A stretch of 63,112 nt of DNA, filler included, from Chiloscyllium plagiosum (GCF_004010195.1; 4 parts of one record of this genome joined end to end with filler, not necessarily neighbours in it), one strand, 5' to 3'; positions 25,115-36,360 are shown, counted from the whole stretch's first letter. Notes: generated from the sequence alone by a model not told the origin. Made by a program: numbers and translations.

Positions 25115-26053
25115 GCTTTTCGCATCAGAGAGCGGCGGGAGCTGGGCGGAAGTGAAGGCAGAGCGCAAAGCCGGTCGGGAAGATAAGTGATTGTTATTTG
25201 AGTGAGTGTATTCTAGACCCCAGGTCCTACAAAGTAGGGCCTCCCTCCCTCGCTCCTCCTCTAACCTAAATCAAAAGTCCACAGTCTTGCCCCAAAAAGA
25301 GGGTCCAAGTAAGTTCCTGTGGATTGAAGAGTGAGGCTTTAGCTCAGGAGTCTTTTGACAAGGAGGTTGAGTGAAGTGATTATGCCACAGTTGAAGAGGG
25401 TGAAGACATGACTGCCAAGCTGGTTCAGTGTGCTACATGCTTGATGTAGGAGGTCAATGACTCTGGTGTGTCTGGCTCCTATAAGTGTGGAAAGTGTGTG
25501 CACGTTCAGCTACTGACAGAGCAGATTGCAGCACTGATGAAAGAACTCGAGGATCTTAGGCTCATCCGAGAGAACGAGATCTTTCTGGACAAGACCTTCA
25601 GCGAGGTTATTACACCAATCATACCAGGAGAGAGCAGACGATGAGGAAGGCAGAGAGGAGACAGGTGCAAGAGACCCCGGGGGAAGTACCTGTCAGGAAC
25701 AAGTTGAATCTTTTGAAACAGTAGAGACAGATGACACTGCCAGTCCGCGAGGCGGCCAGGTCTGTCAATCAAAAGTTGGCATAGAGACAGAGCGGAAAAG
25801 TCGGACATCACATAGAGCCGTGGTAATAGGGGACTCCATAGTGAGAGGAACTGACCGGGGTTTTTGTGGCAGCAGGCGGGACTTAAGGATGGTGTGTTGC
25901 CTTCCTGGTGCCAGGGTAAAGACATCTAAGGATGGTGTGTTGCCTTCCTGGTGCCAGGGTAAAGACATCACAGACAGAGTGCAGGAAATCCTCAAGGACG
26001 AAGGTGAAGAGCCAGAGGTGGTGGTACATGTCAGCACAAATGATGTCGGGAAG
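25115..26053 (+). mobile_element. CR1 5' UTR and ORF1 (Cys-rich N-terminus, coiled coil, SGNH esterase), frameshifted and cut by gap
   Basis: VQCATC..YKCGKC..LEDLRLIRENE; VIGDSIVRGTDR..MVCCLPGARV..VVVHVSTND; contains a 43-bp tandem duplication at 25884-25969. Confidence 0.85.
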
Positions 26054-26153
26054 NNNNNNNNNNNNNNNNNNNNNNNNNNNNNNNNNNNNNNNNNNNNTTA
26101 ATTAATTAANNNNNNNNNNNNNNNNNNNNNNNNNNNNNNNNNNNNNNNNNNNN
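26054..26153. other. Assembly gap/artificial spacer
   Basis: N-run with a central TTAATTAATTAA. Confidence 0.97.
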
Positions 26154-26630
26154 GTTCAGAAAAGATTTACAAGGATGTTGCCAGGGTTGGAGGATTTGAG
26201 CTATAGGGAGAGGCTGAACAGGCTGGGACTGTTTTCCCTGGAGATGCGGAGGCTAAGGGGTGACCTTATAGAGGTTTACAAAATTATGAGAGGGATGGAT
26301 AGGGTAAATAGGAAAAGTCTTTTCCCTGGGGTTGGGGAGTCCAGAACTAGAGGGCATAGGTTTAGGATGAGAGGGGAAAGATATAAAAGAGATCTATGGG
26401 GCAACTTTTTCATGTAGGAATGAGCCNNNNNNNNNNNNNNNNNNNNNNNNNNNGCTGGTACAATTGCAACATTTAAGAGGCATTTGGATGGGTATATGAA
26501 TAGGAAGGGTTTGGAGGGATATGTGCCATGTGCTGACAGGTGTGACTAGATTGGGTTGGGATATCTGGTCGGCATGGACAGGTTGGACCAAAGGGTCTGT
26601 TTCAATGCTGTACATCTCTATGACTCTATG
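26154..26630 (+). mobile_element. Young CR1 3' end (small N-run at 26427-26453)
   Basis: MLPGLEDLSYRERLNRLGLFSLE..; ends ctctatgactctatg. Confidence 0.9.
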
Positions 26631-27149
26631 AGGTCTGCAAAATACATTTAGTTAGCCAGGCTGATATGGCATGCCTGGTCAAACAGCTGCCTATGGCAAA
26701 GCCAATTTTTAAAATAGAATTTCATTTGCTTTCACTGTCCATCACATTTATTTTCAGAACAAAGTCAATGTTTGAAAAACTAATAGTGCAGATAAATCCT
26801 TCCTTCAAAAATAGGCTTTATGAACAAATTGGATTTGTTTTCCTATAACCTTTCAACAATCTTACTCAAAATAATGAAAAAGATAAACATTATTTTTAGA
26901 ATTTCTATTTATGTATTTTAGTAGGAATTATGGTCGTTAGTCTCTACACATATGACAAATGTCGATATCACAGAGAGCTGATGTAAGCATCTAGTGGGTA
27001 TATTTGATTGTGATAACTAATTAAATAGATTTGTTTCTTGTATATTTATATAATGTATTACACCAGTTTCTATCTTATCTAAAAATGTAATAGTGGATTA
27101 TCTCCTTTATATAGTGCAGATAAGTAATACTGGCTGTTACAGGTTAATG

Positions 27150-27354
27150 GAGAAAGTGAGGACTGCAGATGCTGGAGATCAGAGCTGAAAATGTGTTGCT
27201 GGAAAAGCGCAGCAGGTCAGGCAGCATCCAAGGAGCAGGAGAATCGACGTTTCGGACATGAGCCTGAAGAAGGGCTCATGCCCGAAATGTCGATTCTCCT
27301 GCTTCTTGGATGCTGCCTGACCTGCTGCGCTTTTCCAGCAACACATTTTCAGCT
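27150..27354. mobile_element. Fold-back PLE terminal insertion: 85-bp hairpin, 16-bp TSD, hammerhead core at the loop
   Basis: TSD ctgttacaggttaatg at 27134-27149 and 27355-27370; arms 27180-27264 and 27273-27357 with 3 mismatches; loop tgaagaag. Confidence 0.9.
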
Positions 27355-29244
27355 CTGTTACAGGTTAATGTCATTTTTACCAAGGAACTCTTCAAAACTT
27401 CACATCTATAAACCTGTTATGTATACTATTACTGAAGAGTAGTTGACTTTCTGTTACCTATTTTATAGTGTTGTGATTGAGGCATAATATAAGACAGGCC
27501 AAATCCCAGAGTGAAACCTGGCCTGATAGACCTTAAGTTTTATTTCTATTTTATTGTGGAGGTCACTGAACATACCCATAAAAGATTGAACACGTACATT
27601 TAACAGAAAAACATAAACATTTATTAAGCAAAAGAAAAATAAACAAATTATATTATACCAGACAAGAATTATTAGAATTAATTTCAAACAGCAGAAAAAT
27701 AGACTGTTTTTGCAGTCAATTTAAATGAACTTTATTGGAACTAATATCAGCCACAATAAGACAAATCTTCACAGTTGCATTAAGGAATGGATATGTAAGG
27801 GAGACAGTCAAAGGAAAATCATTGCAGAATGTTGGTTTCCAGGCTCTTTGAAGATGGTGGGAACATTGAAGCAGAGGGATTTGATTCTTCAGATACTACT
27901 TTATTGCTGCAGACCATTTTCATCCCAAATACTTGTCGTCCTCAACATAAGCTAGAAACCAGCTTCTCCTTTGATCCCAGGAATATCCTTACAGGTACTT
28001 AGACATTACTGAAGAATTTCCCCAATTTCCAAGCCAAGGTGTTTTGTTCCATTCAAACGGCTGTAATTGGTTTCTTTCAGGAAATCCTGCACTTTTACTA
28101 CATGCTATTTTCTTCCATTAGTATCTCAGCTGGAGGCCCTTAAAACAAATTGACAACTCAGCTCAAAATTATTTAACATAGGTTCCCCAAATTTACGTCT
28201 TTAGCAGCTCTGTAAGATGTCTTAATTTCTGGCACCCTCGCAGCATTCTGCTCCTGGAGCTTTCTTCCCACTAACCTCAAAGCTTGTCAGGACTTCTCCC
28301 CAGCGTTGTTTGCTTGGAGACTGCACTTCTGCTATTATAAACCTCTTCCCCTGCATGAGATTGCATCTGATGATTGTACATCACAAATCAGCAAAGAATC
28401 TCCCAATTGTTTGTTCAAGTGGCTTGGACAGAAATCATTTAACAAAAAGCTCAGTGTCCAAGTTGAATTCTGAACACTAGGCTGTCTTGCAAAACAAACT
28501 CTATTCTAAAGAGGCTGTATTCAATAAGTGTCAGTACGGAATAATAATAGGGTATCATCTTACACAAACTTAAAAACATCTATGGAAATAATAGCTTAAA
28601 CTAACCACAGGTTGAAAGAAGGGTAAATGACGTTTCCAGGCCTCAGACAACTTCCTTCTGACAAAGTTTTGTGTAACCAATATATAATTTGTTTTCAAAC
28701 TTAGAATTTTTCCTTGTTTATTTTGCTTTACCATAGTCTCTAAGGAGTTCCTAAATCTACGGTTTGCCTTCATTCTCCTTTAGAATTCAACTGCTGCATT
28801 GAAGTGTACAATGTCTTTTTCATGAAATGCATTTGTACTTTAGTGTACTGGGTAGCTTGGTGTCATCATGTGACATCATTCTCTTTTGCCAGTGTATCTA
28901 TATGAATTCTGTGGGAGCCATTAAACACACAACACTTGAAACATGGTGCTAGAGTGGTGCATCTGAAAATGTGTGGATTTTCAGAGCTTTAAGAGTGTCA
29001 GATACTGAACGAAACAGGTCTGACTGCATCAACCTAGTTCTGAAGAAGAGTTGTACTGGATTTGAAACGTTAACTCTGTTTCTCTCTCCACCAATGCTCC
29101 AGCACTTGAGTTTCTCTAGCAGTTTCCTGTGTTTATTTTCAGCATCCACAGTTTTATTTCTGTGTATGAGTTTGTTGGATTTGTGAACTATTTAGCAATG
29201 TTCTTGCCTAATTTGTCAATGGAGTGTGAACCTCTACGTACGCC

Positions 29245-29440
29245 CAATGCTCACAATATGCAGTGGTATTGAGACACAGAACAAGAGCAGTTTTCACTAG
29301 AGTGAAACGTGTTGTTAGTATTGAGGTACTACAATGTCAATGATGAAGTCACCATGCTGTGTGATGTCAGTAAGGCAGGGTTTGGAACAAATCTTCAGCA
29401 GCATGAACAACTGCACTTACATCCAGGGCATTAACACAAA
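29245..29440 (+). mobile_element. Gypsy/Ty3 pol RNase H remnant
   Basis: LRYYNVNDEVTMLCDVSKAGFGTNLQQ..SRALTQT resembles the LRYYD..VT.QCDAS..GLGA.L.Q..ASRALT motif. Confidence 0.6.
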
Positions 29441-30435
29441 CTCAATCTTGGTGTTGTTTGATTTTTAACTTTGTACACCCCAGTCCAACACCAGCATCTC
29501 CAAATCATTGCTCCATTCAGAGAGAGAGTGATTTCATTTCTACTTCAGCCCAATAGCTGCTGAAATGCCTGGTCATGCCCTTGCTATTTCTGGATTCAGT
29601 GATATTAAACCTTTAGTTGAAACACTCTCATCTTCTAGTCTCTGCAATCTTCCACACATCTAAAATTAAGCTATTATATTCCAAGTAAACATTCTTCTCA
29701 ACCATCAGCTGTTGATTAACATTGACTTCCAGTCTCCCAATGCTTTTCATCTAAAATTCTCATTTGCGTTTGTAAACATACTATGCCTTTATCTAGAAGA
29801 TCAAAAAAGGTTGCCACAGAGTCGCTAATAAGAATCATCGTAAGTGGTGCACTATGAGGGGCATAACATAGGAGTTATATGGGCTGGTCATTGTCATAGA
29901 AGTCTACAACACAGAAGAAGGTGCTTCTACCCATCAAGTTTGTATCAGTCAAAAACAACCATCTAACTATCCTGATCACAGTTTCCAGCCGTGTATGTCT
30001 CAGCATCGCAAGTGCACATCAAATTCTTAAACGTTATGACAGTTTATGCTTCTATCACCCTTACATGCAGTTAGTTCCAGATTCCCACCTCTCTCTGGGT
30101 GAAAAAAATCCTCACATTTTATGGTCTATTCAAACTGAAAGGTGCCAAAATCATCAATAAATACCATCAAATCACAAAGTATTCTTACTATCCAAATTTG
30201 ATTTTTTTTTATTGGTGACTACAGGACACTCTGTTGCTCACCAGTCACAGAAAACATTGATAGAACTTATGGGTCAAGTTTCCTTTCCAGTTCTATACAG
30301 GCACAGACAAGCCTAAGAAATTTAATTATGTCTCATGGTCAGTATATCAGTGTAATTTTAACAGTCATACCCATGATAGCAACACTGAAAATGGGCATTT
30401 GACCTGACAGTTTAAAGGACTTACACTCCATCTTA

Positions 30436-30630
30436 AATGTTCCGCAAGTAGGCGGCCTGTCTCCCCAATGTAGAGGAGGCCACATCGGGTGTAGCGGATG
30501 CAGTAAATGATGTGTGTGGAGGTGCAGGTGAATTTGTGACATATATGGAAGGATCCCTTGGAGCCTTGGAGGGAAGTGAGGGGGAGGTGTGGGCGCAAGT
30601 TTTGCATTTCTTGCGGTGGCCCCCGTGTCT
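30436..30630 (-). mobile_element. PLE GIY-YIG endonuclease fragment
   Basis: FTCTSTHIIYCIRYTRCGLLYIGETGRLLAEH. Confidence 0.85.
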
Positions 30631-30924
30631 CTGTGCAAGCGAGGAGAACAGATGTTTTCCTGTTTGCCCATATATCCACCATTGTTCTGTATTCATGTCT
30701 CATGCTAACATATCCTTTCTTTTTGCTGAATATGTATTTTCTCATTCCTGTTCTGTATCAGAATTTATACTTGCAGAAATAACATTAATTTATTTATATC
30801 CCACAAAAAGATTAAAAATAAATTTACTTGCAAAGAAAATTCTTACAATAAAACACACACAAATATAATTCATCATTGAAGTTAAACCAGGGAGAAGAGT
30901 TGTTTTTCCTCTCTGGATAATGTC

Positions 30925-31260
30925 ACGCTCCGCAGGAACATGAAGCCCGGGCCAGCTCGAGTTTCGAAACACCAGGCACCGACAGTCATTTTGTTTCATG
31001 TCGCGGGCCGTAGGGCGGTTTGCGCATGCGGCCTGGGAGGAGAGCCGTGAAGATGGACGTGAATCAGCCGAAACAGGAGCATCTGCTGGCGCTGAAAGGT
31101 AAGGAGCGGCTGCCGGCTCGGCCCTGCCCAGGCTAGGCCAGGCCCGGCCCGGCCCGGGAGCTGTGCCACCTCGGCCCGGATGGAGAGCGGTGGCGGGACC
31201 TGAGAAAGAGCCCGGTCTCAGCTTCCCGAGCGCCGCACCTTTCCTACTTTAGAGAGTGAC
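30925..31260 (+). promoter_or_regulatory. CpG-rich promoter of TRAPPC13/SHLD3 with a GC box (31013-31018) and an NRF1-like site (31021-31030)
   Basis: Abrupt CpG/GC enrichment in an AT-rich background; gggcgg and tgcgcatgcg lie just upstream of the ATG. Confidence 0.75.
31053..31098 (+). CDS. TRAPPC13: TRAPPC13 coding exon 1
   Basis: MDVNQPKQEHLLALK plus G|gtaagg; recalled human N-terminus MEVNPPKQEHLLALKV. Confidence 0.95.
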
Positions 31261-31354
31261 TCAGCCCTGACAGGGACAGGGAGAGACCGAGAGCTTCACC
31301 TGGCTGTCCGTGTTTGCGATCTGCTTTCACCGCAGCCTCCTGTTTCCCGGCGCA

Positions 31355-31453
31355 GCTCTATGATGAAGGGCAAAAGCCCGAAACGTCGATTTCGCTGCTC
31401 CTCGGACGCTGCCTGAACTGCTGTGCTCTTCCAGCAACACTGATCCAGAATCT
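31355..31453 (+). mobile_element. PLE terminal fragment with a degenerate hammerhead motif
   Basis: aTGATGA-a-GGGC-aaaa-GCCC-GAAACGTC (core C replaced by A) followed by the family tail gctgcctga.ctgctgtg.t.ttccagc. Confidence 0.7.
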
Positions 31454-34019
31454 ATTTGCAGAGTGCTGGCGTTTGCATGTTGGCGCCATTGAGTACTGAA
31501 TGTTTTCTCCACTTTCCAGAACCGACAACATTGCTGTTAATGAGAATAAGAGATCACAGACCATAGGTCTGGTTTGTCACATTGAAATTACGGTGATCCT
31601 AATTAGAGAGCGTGTTCCAAGCTCTGATAGAACACAGGCATGAGCATCACCTGTATAAACGTCAGTTATTTTGCAACGAAATTAGACAAAGCAGTGCGGA
31701 TGTTGGACATTTGAAACAAATTGTGTTGCAGAAATTGTGCAGCATCTGTGCAGAGAAAGCAGAGTTAGCGTTTTGGATTCAGCGACCCTTCATAGAACTA
31801 GAACCCGAAATGCTAATTCTGTTTTCTCTCCACAGATGCTACCAGAATGTCTCCAGCAACTTCTGCTTTCGTTTCAGTTAATTTGCTACTTTAGTGAGAT
31901 TCCGAATTGGTTAATGCTTCGCTCTCAAAGCTGTTCAGTTAAACCTTTGTCAATATTTTTGTGTGCCATCAATAAGCGTTTACATTGATTAACTTAAATA
32001 GGAACTTAAGAGCAACATAATGAATTACAGTAGTGGTCAGTGCCCAGCGTGATTTAAAAAAAATCTGTGTGAATTTTGCCAGGGTAAACTTGTTTGTGAT
32101 ACTTCTTTCAAGTCTGTCGAAATACGGTGTAATGATTTTTAAAAATGTGTAGTTATGTTAATGTTGCCATATTAATGTAACCTGTTGTTAACTAATACAC
32201 ATAAATGTGCCCCCACCCTATGTACTTTTGCAGTAAACTTTTATGTGGATCCTTATAAAATGCCTTTTAGAAATCCAAAAATACTAGATCACTTTTTTTC
32301 CCATTGCTAGTTACATCCTTACAAATTTCTAAATTAATCAAATCTATTTTTCTTCTATAAAACCATGTTCAAAATGAGTGACTATCTATTCTAGATTCAC
32401 CCAAAAGTGGAAATGTTCTCCCAGTCACTCTGTGAAGACCTCTCAGGATCTTGCATATTTTGTTGGGATTGACTCTTACTCTTCTAAACTCCAGATAAAA
32501 CCTAACTTTCTCTGAATGTCATCCAGTGCATTTACATTGTTTCTCAACAAAATGTGACCACTACACAGTACTCTAGATGTGACCTCACCAATGTCCTGTA
32601 TAGTTGAAGCATAACCTCCCCACTTTTATATTCAATCCCCCTTGCAGTGAAAAATGCATTCTGTTCATTTCCTTAATGCCTGGCTGTTTTTTTTTTAATG
32701 GTCTGGTATTAGCTCCTTAATAATGGATTCCAGCATTTTTGCAGTGGTAGATGTTACTTTTGGAGGTCAAAATATTCCCTTATAGTCTCCCTCCTTTCTT
32801 TAACAATAATATTAAATTTGTGGCTTTCCAAACCATTGGAACCTTTGTTTGTGTTTAGTCACAATGCATGACTTGTTCCATCTCTATTATTTGTCTACTT
32901 TCTTCGGGACACGTGAAAAATTATGAGCGATCTATCACAGTGAAAATAAACCCTTAACTTAAGTTACTTTGAAATCGATATCTGTGATTAAGTAATGCCA
33001 TTATTGCAAATATGCTAAATGTTGCATAAGCTTGCTTAACCAGTTGCAAATTACAATGTTAATTCTACGTTGACAGTACTGTTTAATCAGAGGAGCATCA
33101 GCTTGATTGATTCTATACTGCCAGGTAACCTGCTGATGCAGTACTAGTTTTAGATTGTACTCAACTGCTCTAAAAACATTTGGCAGAATCCAGGAGAGAG
33201 AAGGTTTTTTTTCTTACAGTTTGGTGAGTGTTGCTGGCAGGGTTGCTCATTTGTTGCCCATTTCTAATTTTACTTGCACTGTTGCCTTGCTAGACCATTT
33301 CAAATACAATTAAGAGTCCACAACTTGACATTGACTTTGGTCATTTTACAATTACTGTTAGTTAATAATCAAATAATTGGAAATCATTTTAGTCAAGTTT
33401 AGTTCATTATTCATTGCTAGATATAGTGTGGCATCCAATTTTGTTAGTTCTAGAACACATTGCTGAAAAAAATCTATCTTGAAAATTTGCAAGTTTCTGA
33501 CTTGAGCCTCTCTTCCTAGCCTGTATTTTAATTCTCCACGTAAATAATTTTACATCAGATACATTATCTGCTAAAGCAGATCATACATTTCGGTTATTTT
33601 TATAGTACATTTTCAATTCTTTGCTGCTGCCAAAAGCCCTGTAACCAGTTGCATTGCAGTTAATTCCTGACATCTGGTTAATTCCTGACATCTCAATTCC
33701 ACCAAAAGTCTCTGCATATTGCTTTCCTTTATTAATATGGTAGCAGCATTTTTAATCAAGGCTACCATCCTTCCCTGCTTTGTCCTAGTTTTCACATTCT
33801 TTTGGAAGACTGTATAATCTGGAATATTTCGCTTCTAATCATGATCACAGTACAGGCATATCTCTGTGATCAACCCTTCTTCTCTTACTTTGTTTAAATG
33901 TAAAAGAGCTTTGCATATAATCAGTTGCTGGAGAGTTTAGTCATTAGGCTCGTAATGGACTGTTTCCTCTGGGATTGAGTTTTGGCATGAATATGGTTTG
34001 TTCAAAGAAATGTGGGAGT

Positions 34020-34685
34020 CGATAAAGTGTGGAGCTGGAAAAAGGACAGCAAGTCAAGCAGCATCAGAGGAGCAGGAGAATCAGTTTTTCAATTTGGAAC
34101 CTTTTATCAGATCTAGGGGAGGGGAATGGAGCTGAGAAATAAATGGGGGCAGTGGATGCAGGTAGCAGGTGATTGATCAGTGGGAAAGCTGAAGTGGATA
34201 GTTGGGAAGGAACGTGGACAGGTTAGATCAGGTCAGTGGGGTGGGGTGGGGTGGAGAGGAAGGGTTGTACCTGGGATGAGGTGGTGGGTGGAGGGAGCTA
34301 CTGAGTTACTGAAAGCTACTGAGTTCTATGCCAAGGCCATATGGTTGTAAGTTCCTGAAGCGGACGATGAAGCGTTCTTCCTTGAGTTTGTGTGTGACTT
34401 TACTTTGAGAGTGGAGGATGCCCAGATTAGACATGTCATTGGGGGAGGGGGAGTTGAAATGGCTGGCAACTGGAAGATGGAGTTGATGTTCCCTGAATTG
34501 ATTCCAGAGTTTACGTTCAGCCTCTCCGATGGAGAAGATGCTACATCGGGAGCAACAGATACAATAAATCAGTTTTGAGGAAATGCAGCTGAATCTCTGC
34601 CGGATTTGGAATGATTCTTTGGGACGTTGGATGGAGGTAAGCAGGGAAGTGTGAGGGCACATTTTGCACCTCCTGCGGCTGCAGA
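34020..34685 (-). mobile_element. Degenerate PLE (GIY-YIG plus terminal repeat)
   Basis: FSCISSKLIYCICCSRC..IGE..HFNSPS..EERFIVRF.NLQPYGL. Confidence 0.85.
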
Positions 34686-35610
34686 AAACAAAACTAGGTT
34701 ATGTTCCTGATACTGTGATTTTTATGTAAGAAACCTATTGGCTGACTTCAACCTAAGTGGCCTGACAATTCTCCAAAGAGTCTTAACTTATTCTTGTGGC
34801 TTCTGTCCCACTGGTTGCTTTATTCTTCATTCAAAGTGAGGTGATGAGTGTGAGGGTCTGAGAGGGACTTGGTGAGTCAGTGGTTATCTCCATTGAACCT
34901 ATGGTTTGTTTTTAAAGGACTGTACATGTTTAGTAAACACATTAAAACAGAAATTGAGTCAACACTTTGGGGAATGTGCCTTATTTACAATCTGTACTAA
35001 AACAAAAAAACAGTTTTCAAACTTACTTTAAATAAGGGATCTCTTTACTGTACTGGGGTGTCATCTTAGGTTGTGATTTTGGACTTCTGGGGTGGGACAT
35101 CAGACTATACATTTTAGGCATGGGCAAAGATCTATCACGAGTCAATACTGACAGCAGGTGCTTTCTTAGCTTTTTGTTTTCCAAAAATTGGGTATTTGGT
35201 ACTTTTGCATGTATGTTGAACTGGTTGCAAAGCTACAGAATTAGATTCCTCATCAGTTAGGATGATGTTTGTGAGAGGATCTAAAATTATGGACAAATAT
35301 CAATGCTTTAGAAGTAAATTTTTAAAAGCTGCATTACTGTTTCTAGTTTAAGTATTGCATATACGAGAAATATTCAAAGATATTTATCTCTGCAGGGTAG
35401 CACTTCCTGAAGGTGATAGACTGCTGCATCTGAATATTGTGCTTCTGCTAAATTGATGAAGGAAGCACGATCAGTGACAATTCACTTCATTCTGAATGAC
35501 TTATAGATTTGCATTTGTGAAGGTATAAGGAGAAAGGCTTGGTGATATTCATTGGCCTCCGGTGATTCCATTGCTGAGACTATTGCTTTTTGCCCAGAGC
35601 TGTCATTCAG

Positions 35611-36360
35611 ATGGAAGTAGTGGTACATTATAGGCCTAAGCACGACTGTTCTTCTGAAGTACTAAAGATAGCAGGAAAATTGTTAGAAGACTTGCCACAA
35701 AAAATTTCACAAAGATTCATACCATGGTTTCCAAATCATATGAAAAGTTTACCAATGAAACCGCAGAAATGTCCACCAACTATTTCATATGAAGAAGCAC
35801 AAAGAATTAAAAAGTACTTGGTTGATGTGGAATTCAAAGCAGAAAGACAAAATTATGATTGCACAGAGGATCTTCTGGAATTCTCCGTAAACCTGCAAAT
35901 GAAAGATCATCTTAATCAGGTAGCTGCTGCAGAATTTGTTCCTGAAATGACTGATTTACTGTGTGGAGATACAAATGAGGAATATAAATCAGAAAGGTCA
36001 TGGAGTGTTACGAGATACAGCAGAATGAAAGGATCAAACATTTTGGCAGTTAGCCGAAGACTTCAAATAATTAAGGAAAAGTTCCAGCTCCATTCTTTTC
36101 AAAGGGCAAAATGGGTTATTGATCAATCCAATTGTAGTGCTCAGCAACTTGAAGAGATCTGGGCTAAACTGAGTAGTGTTATCAAACATGGTGATCTTCC
36201 TGGTTGTAATGCCAAAATACATAGACATCTTGGTCAAATATGGGTTTTCTGTGATCTAATGTGCTGTGAATATGTTGGTAATTTTATTAAACAAGTATTA
36301 AATCTTGCAGGTAACATCAGTTTACTTGTACATCGACATGGTTTAATTTATAACTTGTAG
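35611..36360 (+). CDS. SHLD3: Shieldin complex subunit 3, single coding exon of 249 aa, nested in TRAPPC13 intron 1
   Basis: MEVVVHYRP..RFIPWFP..PMKPQKCPP..YDCTEDLLEF..RSWSV..HLGQIWVFCD..CEYVG..LVHRHGLIYNL matches recalled human SHLD3 (EVILHYRP, RFIPWFP, PKRSPP, YDCTVDLLEF, RHLGQIWVFCD, FVHKYG). The locus position is the same as in human. Confidence 0.96.
   Translation: MEVVVHYRPKHDCSSEVLKIAGKLLEDLPQKISQRFIPWFPNHMKSLPMKPQKCPPTISYEEAQRIKKYLVDVEFKAERQNYDCTEDLLEFSVNLQMKDHLNQVAAAEFVPEMTDLLCGDTNEEYKSERSWSVTRYSRMKGSNILAVSRRLQIIKEKFQLHSFQRAKWVIDQSNCSAQQLEEIWAKLSSVIKHGDLPGCNAKIHRHLGQIWVFCDLMCCEYVGNFIKQVLNLAGNISLLVHRHGLIYNL

Noticed and set aside
27134..27370. miRNA precursor or CRISPR-like repeat interpretation
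   Set aside because: The hairpin is fully explained by an inverted PLE terminus with a TSD; there is no repeat-spacer array and the sequence is eukaryotic.
30790..30999. 69-aa minus-strand ORF starting in the promoter
   Set aside because: No similarity to TRIM23 or any protein I recognise; it runs into AT-rich low-complexity sequence.
35590..35610. ORF-track N-terminal extension MPRAVIQ of SHLD3
   Set aside because: It starts at a TTG in a pyrimidine tract; homology begins at the ATG at 35611.
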